Shown one piece after another: positions 49,771 through 59,516 of a DNA stretch of 64,000 bases (within the stretch, counting starts at the first letter, position 1; every line of letters starts with the position of its first letter). The stretch is from an uncultured delta proteobacterium (GTDB lineage Bacteria > Myxococcota_A > Polyangia > Polyangiales > Polyangiaceae), in contig CAWKKR010000001.1 of assembly GCA_963850305.1 (NCBI GenBank), forward strand, positions 416,001 to 480,000, read 5' to 3'. The translations under genes and the position numbers were made by a program. Under the pieces are notes generated by a model that was not told the origin of the DNA, did no database searches, and worked only from the letters and a program-made list of their open reading frames with translations.

Positions 49771-50277
49771 CTAGCGCGCCAGGGAAGCGAGCTTTCGTTC
49801 CAGGTCCGTCACCGAGACGAAGCCCTCGTGCCTCCACACTTCCGCGCCGGTCGAATCGAGAATGACGGTCGTGGGTACTACCCTCACGCTGCCGAAAGGG
49901 CCGCTCGCGTCGAGCGTTGCTTCGTCCGCGAGTGCGATCGGAAAGGGGATTTCGAGCGTCGCCGCGAACGTTTCCACGAGGGGAGCGTCCTGCGGCGGCT
50001 CGAGCACGACGGCGCCCGCATGGATCCGCGGGCGAGACCGGCTGAAAACATCCGCGATCTCGCGGACGACCGCCTGTGAGCCCATGTCGAACGTCGCGAT
50101 GAACGTCACGATCGTCGGACGGCCGAGCGTCGTCCGGGTCCCGAAATGGGACCCATCCATCGTGACGTAGTCAAAGCTCCGCAAAGCTCCTGGTGCTCGC
50201 TCGGAAGCGGCAGGGCGCCCCGACACGGAGCAGGCAGGAAGCGCCAGCAGCGCAAGGAGCAACGGAGTCGAGCGCAC
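49771..50277 (-). CDS. TlpA/ResA-like thioredoxin-fold lipoprotein lacking CxxC
   Basis: Lipobox LPAC; GRPTIVTFIATFD..S, FPI.L, VPTTVILD..G. Confidence 0.75.
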   Translation of the reverse strand: MRSTPLLLALLALPACSVSGRPAASERAPGALRSFDYVTMDGSHFGTRTTLGRPTIVTFIATFDMGSQAVVREIADVFSRSRPRIHAGAVVLEPPQDAPLVETFAATLEIPFPIALADEATLDASGPFGSVRVVPTTVILDSTGAEVWRHEGFVSVTDLERKLASLAR

Positions 50278-50286
50278 GCCCCGACG

Positions 50287-50988
50287 TTACTTCGCAACCG
50301 AGAGGCGAGAAGGAGCTTCGCTGCTCGGGCCGAAGAGATCGGCGAAAACGCTGAGGGCCTCGGGTATCGGACGTCCCGTGCGCGTCTGCGCGACGACGGT
50401 GATCGCAAGATCGTCCACCGCGGTACCGAGCGGCGTCGGCTCCAGCACGACGCCGCCGACGATATCGCCGGGCCGCGGCGCACGGGTCCGCTCCACGATG
50501 GGATCGTGCTTCACCCAGTCGAACATCTCGCCTCTCTGATACGCGCAGGCGAGGACCTGTACGAAGTCGAGGTAAAGGGGTGCCACGATGGCGGTCACCC
50601 GCGCCGCGCTGTCGGCGCGATTGGAAAGCGCGAACGCGGCGGTCCGCGGCGTTGCGTCAGCGTGAACCGGACCGATGGCGGCCAGCACGGCGGCGCGGCG
50701 CTTTTGATCCGTCTCCACGGCGAGCAGCGGGGCGTAAACGGCGATGCGCGGCACCGCTACACGATCGACGTCGTGTTCGAGCGCGGCAATCCACACGTCG
50801 CGAGACGGACCGTCGAGCTCACGATAAGCCATCGCCGCGGCGAGCGCCGCCTCCGCGTCCGTCGCGAGCCTGCCGAGGAACGCACACCAGACGTCGAGGA
50901 GTCGCGGATCCGCGCTCGCGGCGGCCATGTTCGGCAAGGGCGTCGCGCCCGCGCGAAGATCTGGATTACTCGGAAGCGACTTCCGCAT
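50287..50988 (-). CDS. Hypothetical protein
   Basis: ORF with typical codon bias filling the gap in a minus-strand run; start uncertain (ORF opens at 51030). Confidence 0.7.
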   Translation of the reverse strand: MRKSLPSNPDLRAGATPLPNMAAASADPRLLDVWCAFLGRLATDAEAALAAAMAYRELDGPSRDVWIAALEHDVDRVAVPRIAVYAPLLAVETDQKRRAAVLAAIGPVHADATPRTAAFALSNRADSAARVTAIVAPLYLDFVQVLACAYQRGEMFDWVKHDPIVERTRAPRPGDIVGGVVLEPTPLGTAVDDLAITVVAQTRTGRPIPEALSVFADLFGPSSEAPSRLSVAK

Positions 50989-51057
50989 CGTCTTCGCCTG
51001 GACGCTAGAGGATTGCACAGTCGCATGCAAGGACCCACGCCGTCGAGTCCGAGTGGG

Positions 51058-51357
51058 TCACTGACGACCGACGTCCGGCGAAGCTCGGCCGTCCGACCAT
51101 ACGAAGCCGATCTCGCTCCAGAGATCGGCGAGGGTCGTCGTGAGCTCATCGCGTCGCGAGTGGGGTGCGGCGATCACGACCTCCCCTCCATCACGCCGGT
51201 CGCTCGGGCTGCCGCGGGGCTCGGCAAATAGTGCGGCGAGGCCCTCGCTCGCTTCGAGGATCCCCTTGATGAATACGACGTCCGACTCGCGGACGCGAAT
51301 TCGAATACACGTGAGCTCCTCACCGAGTAGCGAATCGAGCCATGCTTTGCCGTCCAT
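51058..51357 (-). CDS. Small protein, DUF4911-like
   Basis: DVVFIKGILEASEGLA pattern. Confidence 0.6.
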   Translation of the reverse strand: MDGKAWLDSLLGEELTCIRIRVRESDVVFIKGILEASEGLAALFAEPRGSPSDRRDGGEVVIAAPHSRRDELTTTLADLWSEIGFVWSDGRASPDVGRQ

Positions 51358-51377
51358 TCGAGAAGAGCTATATCACG

Positions 51378-52814
51378 GTGGTGGTGACACCCGGTTCCGA
51401 CGACCTCGACGATCTCTCGAAGAAGGAAGAGCCTCTGGTGGAGGAGGACGAGGAAACCGCGGAGGCTGAATTCGACGAGGGCCTACGCTTCTTCGATGAT
51501 GACGAGGATCTCGACGACGCGACCGCCGCCGAAATCGAGACCGGGATCGCACTCTGGGATGAGCCCGAGGCGGACGGTGATGAACCGGAGCTCTCCATGG
51601 AGGACCTCGGGGACGTCTTCTCTGCGGCGTCGGCATCGGAGGAGCCTTCGTCCGAGGGAGACGACCTTGGACCACTCGACGACGCCTTCCGGCCTGATTC
51701 GGCGGACTCGGAGACATTCGATCCGGACGACGACTCCGTCGGCGCGAATGAAGTCGAAGAGTTCGTCCCGTCGGAAATGCCGGACATCGACGATGTCGAC
51801 GACGAAGATACGCTGCGCTCCGAAGAGGTCATCTCTCTCGCGCTGGGCGCCGAGGAGGAGCCGCCGCACGCCGAGCTCTCGTGGGTCGACGTACCGATCT
51901 CCGGCTTGGCGCAACCGCGCCGTCTGGTCGTGCGGGTGGGCGAGGAAATCATCGCAGGTGGCAGCGACGTCGTGCGCATCGACGCGGAGGACGGGGTCGA
52001 ATCGATCTCGGGAGAGCTGCGCGGAGGTGCGGTGAGCTTGGTGGCCGACGGAGACCAAGCGACGCTTCTGGTCGCGACCGGCGCGGGGGAGTTATTCAGA
52101 CTGTGCCGAGGACGACCGCCTGAGGTGCTGGAGTCCTGGAAGGATGCGTCGATTTCCGGTCGCTCGTCGAACTCCGCGCTCACCCTCGGTGGGCCGACTC
52201 GCAGCACGTTGCCCGCGATCTTGCTCCGTGTTTCCACCGATGGTGTGCTGCTCGAGAGTACCGACCGTGGGACCACGTTCCGACGGATCGAGCTTCGCGG
52301 CAAGGTCTGCTCCTTGTCGACCGGATCGCCGCCGCTCTGCGTCGTCGAATCGCATGACTCGTTGCGACTTTTCCGCTCGGCGACTTCCGGCGGCTTCACG
52401 GCGATCCACGGCGAATGGCCCTTCGAGGCGGATGGAATCGAGCTCGTAACCGAGGGGGACATCGTCGCGTTGCTCGAGCGGGGTCGAGGCGTGCACGTCT
52501 CGATCGATGGCGGAGGCAACTTTCAACCGGTGGCGGGCCTTGCCAGGGCTACCGCGGTGTGCGCCGGGAAATTGAGCGGCCGGCGCTCCACGTTCGCGGC
52601 TCTGTTCGATCCACCGAGCGGTCGCACCTCCCTCGTGTGGGTCGACGCGGCCTCACCGGCAGCTTTCGTGATTGCGACTCTGAGCCCGCATTCCGAAGAC
52701 GATGACGACGACTGGGCGAAGGTTCTGTCGCTTACCTGGGATCACAATACGGAATCGCTCTGGGGCGCCGGAAAGTTCGGAGTCCGGAGGTGGCGGAGAC
52801 CGCCGAGCGCTTGA
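51378..52814 (+). CDS. Hypothetical protein: acidic disordered N-terminus plus a beta-propeller-like domain with Asp-box repeats
   Basis: About 160 D/E-rich residues, then ESTDRGTTF, RSATSGGF and VSIDGGGNF (SxDxGxxF-like). Confidence 0.7.
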   Translation: MVVTPGSDDLDDLSKKEEPLVEEDEETAEAEFDEGLRFFDDDEDLDDATAAEIETGIALWDEPEADGDEPELSMEDLGDVFSAASASEEPSSEGDDLGPLDDAFRPDSADSETFDPDDDSVGANEVEEFVPSEMPDIDDVDDEDTLRSEEVISLALGAEEEPPHAELSWVDVPISGLAQPRRLVVRVGEEIIAGGSDVVRIDAEDGVESISGELRGGAVSLVADGDQATLLVATGAGELFRLCRGRPPEVLESWKDASISGRSSNSALTLGGPTRSTLPAILLRVSTDGVLLESTDRGTTFRRIELRGKVCSLSTGSPPLCVVESHDSLRLFRSATSGGFTAIHGEWPFEADGIELVTEGDIVALLERGRGVHVSIDGGGNFQPVAGLARATAVCAGKLSGRRSTFAALFDPPSGRTSLVWVDAASPAAFVIATLSPHSEDDDDDWAKVLSLTWDHNTESLWGAGKFGVRRWRRPPSA

Positions 52815-52855
52815 ACCTGACGCGCTCGCCGTCGTCCGAACGGGGCAGAGGCGCG

Positions 52856-54721
52856 TCACGTCTCTCGAGCGACTGCGCGAGGCGCGAGGATGGCGGCCGC
52901 CTCGCGATACGCGTCCGCAACCCTCCGATCGCGAGGAGCTAGCCTGAGCGCAACGGCGAGGTGACGTTCCGCCGCTGCGGCGTCGTGCTTCGCGTCCCAT
53001 TCGAACCGGGCGGCGGAACGGAGCCAATCCGTCGCGGAGGGAACGTCGACCACCGCCGAGAGCTCGATGACCTCGCGCATGCGCGCGTAAGCGAGCGTCG
53101 CACCGACCACGTCGCCCAGCTTCTCTCGCCATTCGGCTTCGAGGGCTCGCGCCTCCACTAGGCGCGTCGATGGCGCCGCGATCTGTCGGACGCGCGCGAT
53201 CGCCTGGGGAAGATCTCCAGCCTTCGCGAGAATCTTCGCCAGATCGAGGAGGGCGTCGAACTCTGGCTCGCCGGCGGCCTCGCCGAGAGCAATGGCACGA
53301 GCCAGCAGAGCCGTCGCGCGATCGGCGCGGCCCGACTCGAGGAGCGCGCGGCCGAGGCCGGCGGTAGCCGTAGGGTCATCCGGAACGTATCGAAGCGCGC
53401 GCTCGAACATCCTGCCGGCATCGCGCTGATAGCCGAGGGCCAACAAACTTCGAGCGGCCTTCCTGCAGGTCTCGTGGCGACGGGCATTGCCCTTGCTGCC
53501 CGCTTCCAGGTGTTCGGCGTCGGCGATCGCGCCCGTCACGTCAGCGATCTCGAGCTTTGCGTCGAAGCGCCTCCAGCGGACGCTCGGGAGGCCGGGGCAC
53601 CGCGCAACGGCCTCGTCGAGCGCACGCAAGCGCGAAACGGGATCCGTCTCGAGCCTCGAAATCTGCGCCCATAGCAGCGACGCCAGCGGCGCATATTCCT
53701 CGTCGCGAGTCACTGCCAGGAGCGCGTGACGCGCACCCTCCGTGTCACCCGTTCGAGCGAGGAGCGTCGCGCCGACGGCGCCAGCGTCGCCGATCGGCAT
53801 CGACTCCACGAGGATCGAGAGAGCGGCTTCCGCGCGTTCGCCCGCATGAGCGTCGATCTCGGCAACCAGTCGCGACAGTTCGGGGTGCCGCGGCGCACGT
53901 TCGAGCGCCTGAACATATCCGGCGCGCGCCGCCTCGAGTGCTCCGCGTGCCAGGTCGTCGTCTGCACCCCGGACGAGTTCCGCGAGCTCGAGCGCGCGGA
54001 GAACCCGCTCGCTCTGCCCGGGCGGCGGGAAGGAAACGTCGAGGTCCACGGCCAGCGTGTCCCCGTCGCCCCCCAGCACGGCGCATCGAACCCCGGTGGC
54101 CGCCGGAGCTCGTGCGCCGACGGCGGGCATCACTTCACGAGCGATCACCGCACCGACGCCCGATAACGTCATGACGCGTCCCTGCCGCGAGAGCGCGCGC
54201 CCGAAGACCGTATCCAGGACATGAAGGGCCGTCGCCAGCGCCGGACCGTCGAGTTCCGCGCCGCGCGCGCGTGAGAGCACGCATCGCGCATCCTCGCCAG
54301 CAGGTGCCCAGAGCAGGTCGAACGCGACGGCCCCGCCATTCCCGACCAAGCCGATGCCCACCCCGTCCGGAATTCGCCACACCGACGCGGGCCGCACGAG
54401 CCCGCCGAGCGCCTCCCGGAGCCGCCTGTCGAGCCAACGCGAGAGCGCATCGAGACGGATCTTGAGTGCGACATGCTCGAGCTTGCCCCGGCGATGTCGG
54501 AAGACGCGCACTCCGCCGGACAGATCGACGGGGAACTTCAGGTTCGGGAGCGTCACGCCGAGCCGCTGCACCTCGACGGGCCCCACCTCGACCGGTTCGT
54601 AGAGTTCCAGCCCCAGTGCACCGCGAGCCACTGTGAGCCTCAGGGGGACGAGCGGTTCTTCGTCAGGCGGCTCCCCCGGGGGGACCGGGGTGCTTGCCCT
54701 CAGACGGATCGAACGCGCCAC
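52856..54721 (-). CDS. TPR-repeat protein with a beta-rich N-terminal domain
   Basis: Repeated A...Y/F..AL...P helices in the C-terminal 60%; start GTG 54721 inferred. Confidence 0.8.
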   Translation of the reverse strand: MARSIRLRASTPVPPGEPPDEEPLVPLRLTVARGALGLELYEPVEVGPVEVQRLGVTLPNLKFPVDLSGGVRVFRHRRGKLEHVALKIRLDALSRWLDRRLREALGGLVRPASVWRIPDGVGIGLVGNGGAVAFDLLWAPAGEDARCVLSRARGAELDGPALATALHVLDTVFGRALSRQGRVMTLSGVGAVIAREVMPAVGARAPAATGVRCAVLGGDGDTLAVDLDVSFPPPGQSERVLRALELAELVRGADDDLARGALEAARAGYVQALERAPRHPELSRLVAEIDAHAGERAEAALSILVESMPIGDAGAVGATLLARTGDTEGARHALLAVTRDEEYAPLASLLWAQISRLETDPVSRLRALDEAVARCPGLPSVRWRRFDAKLEIADVTGAIADAEHLEAGSKGNARRHETCRKAARSLLALGYQRDAGRMFERALRYVPDDPTATAGLGRALLESGRADRATALLARAIALGEAAGEPEFDALLDLAKILAKAGDLPQAIARVRQIAAPSTRLVEARALEAEWREKLGDVVGATLAYARMREVIELSAVVDVPSATDWLRSAARFEWDAKHDAAAAERHLAVALRLAPRDRRVADAYREAAAILAPRAVARET

Positions 54722-54815
54722 CTTGGCACCGATCGTATCAGCACACGATCCGCGACGGGCAATATTGCTGTGCCAGCACGATCCAGCCCTTGCCTGGCGA
54801 GACCCGCCAAGACGC

Positions 54816-55409
54816 TCAGGAGGCGTCACCTCGCGCAAGCTTCGACTTCATTCGTCGCATCAGCTCGGCGAAGCCATCCTTCTTGATGATCCGGTTGAAC
54901 TGTTGGTGATAGTTCCCGACGAGGCTCGACCCTTCGGTAACGATGTCCTTGATCCGAAACGCCCCGGAGACGCGGTGAACCACGTAGTCGATTGAAATCG
55001 GTTCCTCGCGCGCGTTCGTCCGGCTTTGCGCGGTCGTCTTCACTACGGACGAGTCGCCGTCCTTCGTCTCTCCGCCGAAGGTGACATCGTAGTTCAGGGT
55101 GCGGTCGAGGTTCTTTCGATACGCGCGCTGAACCAGGCCCTTGAGCGTCTCCTCGAACTCCTTGCGCTCGGCATCGGTCCGTTCCGCCCAGCGATCCCCG
55201 AGCGACCCTTGCGCCAGCGCGTCGTAATCCAGGATCGAGTCGAAGACGGCGATGATCTTCTTCTGTGCGTCCGCGCCGCCCTTCTTGTCGAGCGACTGAA
55301 GCTCGGCCTGCTTGTCCTTCATGAACGCTTGCGCCTCAGGGTCCGCGGCGGCCGTGCCGGCGAGGGTGAGCGCCACGAGCAACCAACTGAGCCTTGAAAT
55401 TCCGCGCAT
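54816..55409 (-). CDS. MlaC/Ttg2D-family periplasmic binding protein
   Basis: Signal peptide; LDYDALA..SLG..W, ISIDYV, DIVTEG.SLV.NY..QF..II...G...L. Confidence 0.88.
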   Translation of the reverse strand: MRGISRLSWLLVALTLAGTAAADPEAQAFMKDKQAELQSLDKKGGADAQKKIIAVFDSILDYDALAQGSLGDRWAERTDAERKEFEETLKGLVQRAYRKNLDRTLNYDVTFGGETKDGDSSVVKTTAQSRTNAREEPISIDYVVHRVSGAFRIKDIVTEGSSLVGNYHQQFNRIIKKDGFAELMRRMKSKLARGDAS

Positions 55410-55440
55410 TCGAGAGACTCCTAGTCCGAGCGCTTGGAAA

Positions 55441-55457
55441 CGCAAGTTGGATGCCAA
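55441..55457 (-). promoter_or_regulatory. sigma54 (-24/-12) promoter upstream of the MlaC-like gene
   Basis: Minus strand TTGGCATCCAACTTGCG with GG-N10-GC spacing, about 30 nt upstream of ATG 55409. Confidence 0.7.
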
Positions 55458-55598
55458 GCGACGACGCTAGCGGCGACCGGCAGCTTGCTCGAGACCGAAC
55501 ACACTGAAACAACTGGATATTTCTAGCGGGTAACGGGAACGATGACGTCGCGGCCTACCCCTCACCGTGAGGCCTTCGCGCAACAGGGGCCGGTTACG

Positions 55599-56954
55599 TT
55601 ACGGCGGCGGTGGTACGGAGCCGCCTATCAGGTAGGCGGAAGCCTCTTCGCTGACTGGTAAAGTGGGTCCGAGATCGACGCGGAACGTCGCGCCGGCACC
55701 GCGTTCGCTTTCCACGGCGATGGAGAAGCCGTGATCGTCGGCGACGCGCTTGACCACGGCCAGACCTATGCCCGTGCCGTGCGAGCGCGTGGTGAAAAAG
55801 GCATCGAACAGGCGTTCCCGGGCCTCTGTGTCGATTCCAACTCCGTCGTCCTTCACGGTCAAGACGGCGTTCCCGGCGCTCGCATGGACGCGAACGTCGA
55901 CCGAGCCGCCCGCGCTCGCGGCTTGAACCGCGTTCCTCACCAGATTCCAGATCAGCTGGCGCAGCTGCGCCGGGTCGGCGCGAACGGTGAGGGTCTGTTC
56001 ACCCGAAAACGCGATGGAAACATCCGAAGCCGCTCGCCCGGACTTCGATGCGAGGTCGACCACTTCGCGGGCCAGCCGGGCTGCGTTCACCGCCACGGGC
56101 GCGGGCGTGCGGGGTCGAGCCACGTCCATCATGTCCGTGACGAGGTCGTTCAGCCGGGATGCTTCGCGCTGGATGATCTCGCACAGCAGACGGTCCTCCG
56201 TCGACAGGGCCCGACTCGTCCGAAGAAGCTGCACCGACCCCGCGATCGATCCGAGGGGATTTCTGATTTCATGCGCGAGAGCGGCCGACAGGCGGCCGAG
56301 TACAGCGAGCCGTTCGGCGCTTTCCGCACGCGCCTCTGCCTCGACGACTCGTCCGGACGCGGCCCTGAGGCGGTCCGCCAGGTAGCTGGTAAGCAACGTC
56401 ACCAGAATGAGGACGAGGACGTTGACGAACAGGTGGTAGGAGAGCTCTTCTCCGGAAAGTACATAGATCGCGGGCGGCTGATCCGGCGGCGGCGGGATGG
56501 TCCCCACGAAGAGCCCCACGGCCAGGAGCGAGTAGAAGCCGATGCCGGTGAGACCGGCCAGCGTCGCCCCGCGGAGTCCGATGAGGAAGCTACCGATCAG
56601 GCACGTCACGCCATACAGAGACGTCGCACCGCTTGCTGCGCCGCCGGTGAGATAGACGAGCACCGTCCACGTCGCTTGATCCAGGACGAGCTGAGCCGTC
56701 GTGAGCACGACGAGACCGCGGCCGCTCCGCAAGACAGCGGCGTAAACCCCGGCAAGGGCGAATGCGATCGCAACGGTGGCGACGATGATCTGAACCGTGG
56801 TGGAACCCACGGCGAAGCCGCGGCGAACGTTGACGGCCGCGATGGCGCCGAGCGCCATGGCAAGAAATATTACGCGTCCGCCGATGACCCACGCCAACCG
56901 TCGCACGAGCGGCATGCCGGCGACGACTTCCGGAACCCCGAGCCGGACCGCCAT
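55599..56954 (-). CDS. pilS: PilS-like membrane sensor histidine kinase
   Basis: About six TM segments with TGG..S....LY, AHEIRNPL, NLVRNA, DDG.G, FFTTRSHGTGIGL; directly downstream of pilC. Confidence 0.82.
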   Translation of the reverse strand: MAVRLGVPEVVAGMPLVRRLAWVIGGRVIFLAMALGAIAAVNVRRGFAVGSTTVQIIVATVAIAFALAGVYAAVLRSGRGLVVLTTAQLVLDQATWTVLVYLTGGAASGATSLYGVTCLIGSFLIGLRGATLAGLTGIGFYSLLAVGLFVGTIPPPPDQPPAIYVLSGEELSYHLFVNVLVLILVTLLTSYLADRLRAASGRVVEAEARAESAERLAVLGRLSAALAHEIRNPLGSIAGSVQLLRTSRALSTEDRLLCEIIQREASRLNDLVTDMMDVARPRTPAPVAVNAARLAREVVDLASKSGRAASDVSIAFSGEQTLTVRADPAQLRQLIWNLVRNAVQAASAGGSVDVRVHASAGNAVLTVKDDGVGIDTEARERLFDAFFTTRSHGTGIGLAVVKRVADDHGFSIAVESERGAGATFRVDLGPTLPVSEEASAYLIGGSVPPPP

Positions 56955-56969
56955 CCTACGAGTCCCGGC

Positions 56970-58187
56970 TCAATCGGCCTTGATGTTACCGGCGAGAGAG
57001 AAGATCGGCAGGTACATCGATACGAGCACCACGCCGACCATCCCGCCGATCCCCACCATCATGATGGGCTCGAGCATGCTGGTCAGCGACGCCACGGCGA
57101 TGTCCGTCTCTTCCTCGTAGAAGTCGGCTATCTTGTTCAGCATCTGATCGAGCGCCCCGGTCTGCTCGCCGACCGCGATCATCTGCACCACCATGTCCGG
57201 AAAGACCTTCGCTTCCACGAGGGGCTCGGCCATGTTCTTGCCCTCGCTGATGCGCTGGCGGACGAGCATGATCCCCGCTTCGATGATCACGTTGCCCGCG
57301 GTCTTGGCACAGATCTCGAGAGCATCCAGAATCGGGACGCCGGATTGAAGTAGCGTGCCGAGCGTCCGCGTGAACCGGGCAACGGCAATCTTCTGCAGAA
57401 CGGGGCCCATGATGGGGATCCGGAGAAGCAACCTGTGGAAGAACCGCTTCCCGGCCGGATTCCGGTATGTGTAGACCAAGGCCGTGGACACGCCCGCAGC
57501 GAGCACGAAGACGAGCGGCAAGTACGAGATGAAGCTGTGTGAAATGGCGACCATCATCCGCGTGAGTACCGGCAGATTGTCTTTGCCCCCGCCGAACTCC
57601 TTGAACATGTTCTCGAACGCCGGAATGACGAACGTCAACATGACCGTCATGACGCCGATGGCGATGAAAAACACGATCGTCGGGTAGCTCAGCGCGCCCC
57701 GGAGCTGGCGAATGAGCTTCTGGCGCTTCTCCAGATACACCGACAAGCGGTTCATGATGTTGTCGAGGATGCCTCCGGTCTCACCGGCGTGGATGAGGTT
57801 GACGAAGAGCTCGTCGAAAATCTTCGGATGACGCGCGAGGGCATCGCTGAACGTCGACCCTTGTTCCACGGAACTCTTCACGTCCTTCAGGCAGGCCCCG
57901 AACACCGGACTCTTCTGTTGCCCGGCGAGGATGTCGAGACATTGAACCAGGGGGAGCCCCGCGTCGATCATGGTCGCGAAGAGCCGCGTGAACGTCACCA
58001 GGTCCCTCGTATCGACGCCGCCCCCGAACTTCGGGAGCCTGAACTCCATTGCCTTCTTCCGGACCGTTACCGGATTCAGATTCTGCTGACGCAGGCGCTG
58101 ATTGACTGCCTCAGCGTCATCCGCCTCCATGACGCCACGGCGGACCTCTCCGCTGCGCGCACGGGCTTCCCAGGTAAATTCGGCCAT
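56970..58187 (-). CDS. pilC: Type IV pilus platform protein PilC
   Basis: FTR.FATMIDAGLPLVQCL, GETGGILD, ARFTRTLGTLL.SGVPIL, GEQTGALD.ML.KIADFYE, MYLPIF. Confidence 0.97.
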   Translation of the reverse strand: MAEFTWEARARSGEVRRGVMEADDAEAVNQRLRQQNLNPVTVRKKAMEFRLPKFGGGVDTRDLVTFTRLFATMIDAGLPLVQCLDILAGQQKSPVFGACLKDVKSSVEQGSTFSDALARHPKIFDELFVNLIHAGETGGILDNIMNRLSVYLEKRQKLIRQLRGALSYPTIVFFIAIGVMTVMLTFVIPAFENMFKEFGGGKDNLPVLTRMMVAISHSFISYLPLVFVLAAGVSTALVYTYRNPAGKRFFHRLLLRIPIMGPVLQKIAVARFTRTLGTLLQSGVPILDALEICAKTAGNVIIEAGIMLVRQRISEGKNMAEPLVEAKVFPDMVVQMIAVGEQTGALDQMLNKIADFYEEETDIAVASLTSMLEPIMMVGIGGMVGVVLVSMYLPIFSLAGNIKAD

Positions 58188-58314
58188 TGTAAGGCGAGCC
58201 CCGAAGGGTCTCGGTCAGGATAAAGCTTAGCCCGGTCCCGGGTGAAGACCCAAGCTATTGAACGGGCGGACCCGGTTGCCTCCGCCTTCGAACCCAATGC
58301 CGACGTTCAACCAC

Positions 58315-59442
58315 ATGATTCGGGACAATCTCGGCTCCTTGGCGAGGGAGGTCGTCGCGCAAGGAGTCGCTCCGGGAGCATGCGTCGGAGCTGCGGTTCG
58401 ATCGGCGGGCGGGTGGCGTTTTTCGGTCGGGGCTGCGGGCCTCCGGTCGAAAACCCTTCCGACCGCGGTCGACCCGGCTACGCCCTTCGACCTCGCAAGC
58501 GTGACGAAACCCATCGTGGCCGCGGCGATCGCCCGAATGGTACGGCGTGGACGCCTCCGATGGGAGACGCCCATCGGCGAGCTGTTACCGGAACTGACAG
58601 AGAGCGTCTCCGCGGAGGTCCCCCTGGAACTGTTCGTGGCACACCGAGCGGGCCTGGAAGCGCATCGGCCGCTCCACGAGGCTTGCACCGAAGGTGCGAC
58701 GACCGATGCGGTGGAGGCGCTGTTCATTGCCGCCAGCGCTCGCCGTCAGGATTGTCGAGGCTCGCCGCCACCGTCGGGGTTTCCGCCAGTTTACAGTGAT
58801 CTCGGGTTCCTGATCGCCGGGATCGCGGCGAGCCGTGCCGCCGGAACCGATCTCGCGACCGTGGTTTTTGAAGAGGTTGCGGGTCCTCTTGGGCTGGATC
58901 TCGATAGCTCCCACCGATGGCGCGTACGCGACCCGTCCTTTCCGGAACGGGTGGCACCCACGGAGGTCGTCGCCTACAGGGGCGGCGAATTAGTCGGGGA
59001 CGTCCACGACGAAAATGCATGGGGTATCGCCGGGCGAGGACTCGCGGGCCACGCAGGTCTCTTCGGTACGGTCGACGGAGTGCTCCGGTTCGGCGCCGCG
59101 ATGCTGGACGCGCTCGCGGGAAGGGCCGCAGACTGGCTGTCCGCGGCAGAGGCGCAGGTGCTGGTACGGCCGAGAGACGGGGGAACGCTGCGCGCAGGCT
59201 TCGACGGGAGGTCCGACGAGGGTTCGTCGGCAGGCGACGCCTTCGGGAGGCACTCGTTCGGCCATCTCGGCTTCACGGGGACCAGCCTCTGGTGCGACCC
59301 CGACGCCGATGTAGTCGGGGTCCTGCTGACCAACCGAGTCAATCCCTCGCGCGAGAACCTGGCGGTCCGCGCCGCGCGCCCGAAGGTCCACGACCGTCTG
59401 CACCGAGCGGCACGGGCCCTTGCCCGGGTCGGCGGGCCGTAA
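58315..59442 (+). CDS. Serine hydrolase, beta-lactamase/AmpC-like family
   Basis: FDLASVTK (SxxK), YSD, VHDENA, GHAGLF, GHLGFTGTS.W.D, LTNR; start approximate. Confidence 0.9.
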   Translation: MIRDNLGSLAREVVAQGVAPGACVGAAVRSAGGWRFSVGAAGLRSKTLPTAVDPATPFDLASVTKPIVAAAIARMVRRGRLRWETPIGELLPELTESVSAEVPLELFVAHRAGLEAHRPLHEACTEGATTDAVEALFIAASARRQDCRGSPPPSGFPPVYSDLGFLIAGIAASRAAGTDLATVVFEEVAGPLGLDLDSSHRWRVRDPSFPERVAPTEVVAYRGGELVGDVHDENAWGIAGRGLAGHAGLFGTVDGVLRFGAAMLDALAGRAADWLSAAEAQVLVRPRDGGTLRAGFDGRSDEGSSAGDAFGRHSFGHLGFTGTSLWCDPDADVVGVLLTNRVNPSRENLAVRAARPKVHDRLHRAARALARVGGP

Positions 59443-59516
59443 ACCCTGAAAAAGCTCAGTTATTCTTCTAGGCGACTTGGCCTCGGCGGCGAATCACGGC
59501 AGGATCCTGGGCGCGG

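Noticed and set aside
54760..54776. sigma54 promoter for the TPR gene (TGGCACAGCAATATTGC, minus strand)
   Set aside because: GG-to-GC spacing is 12 rather than the required 10.
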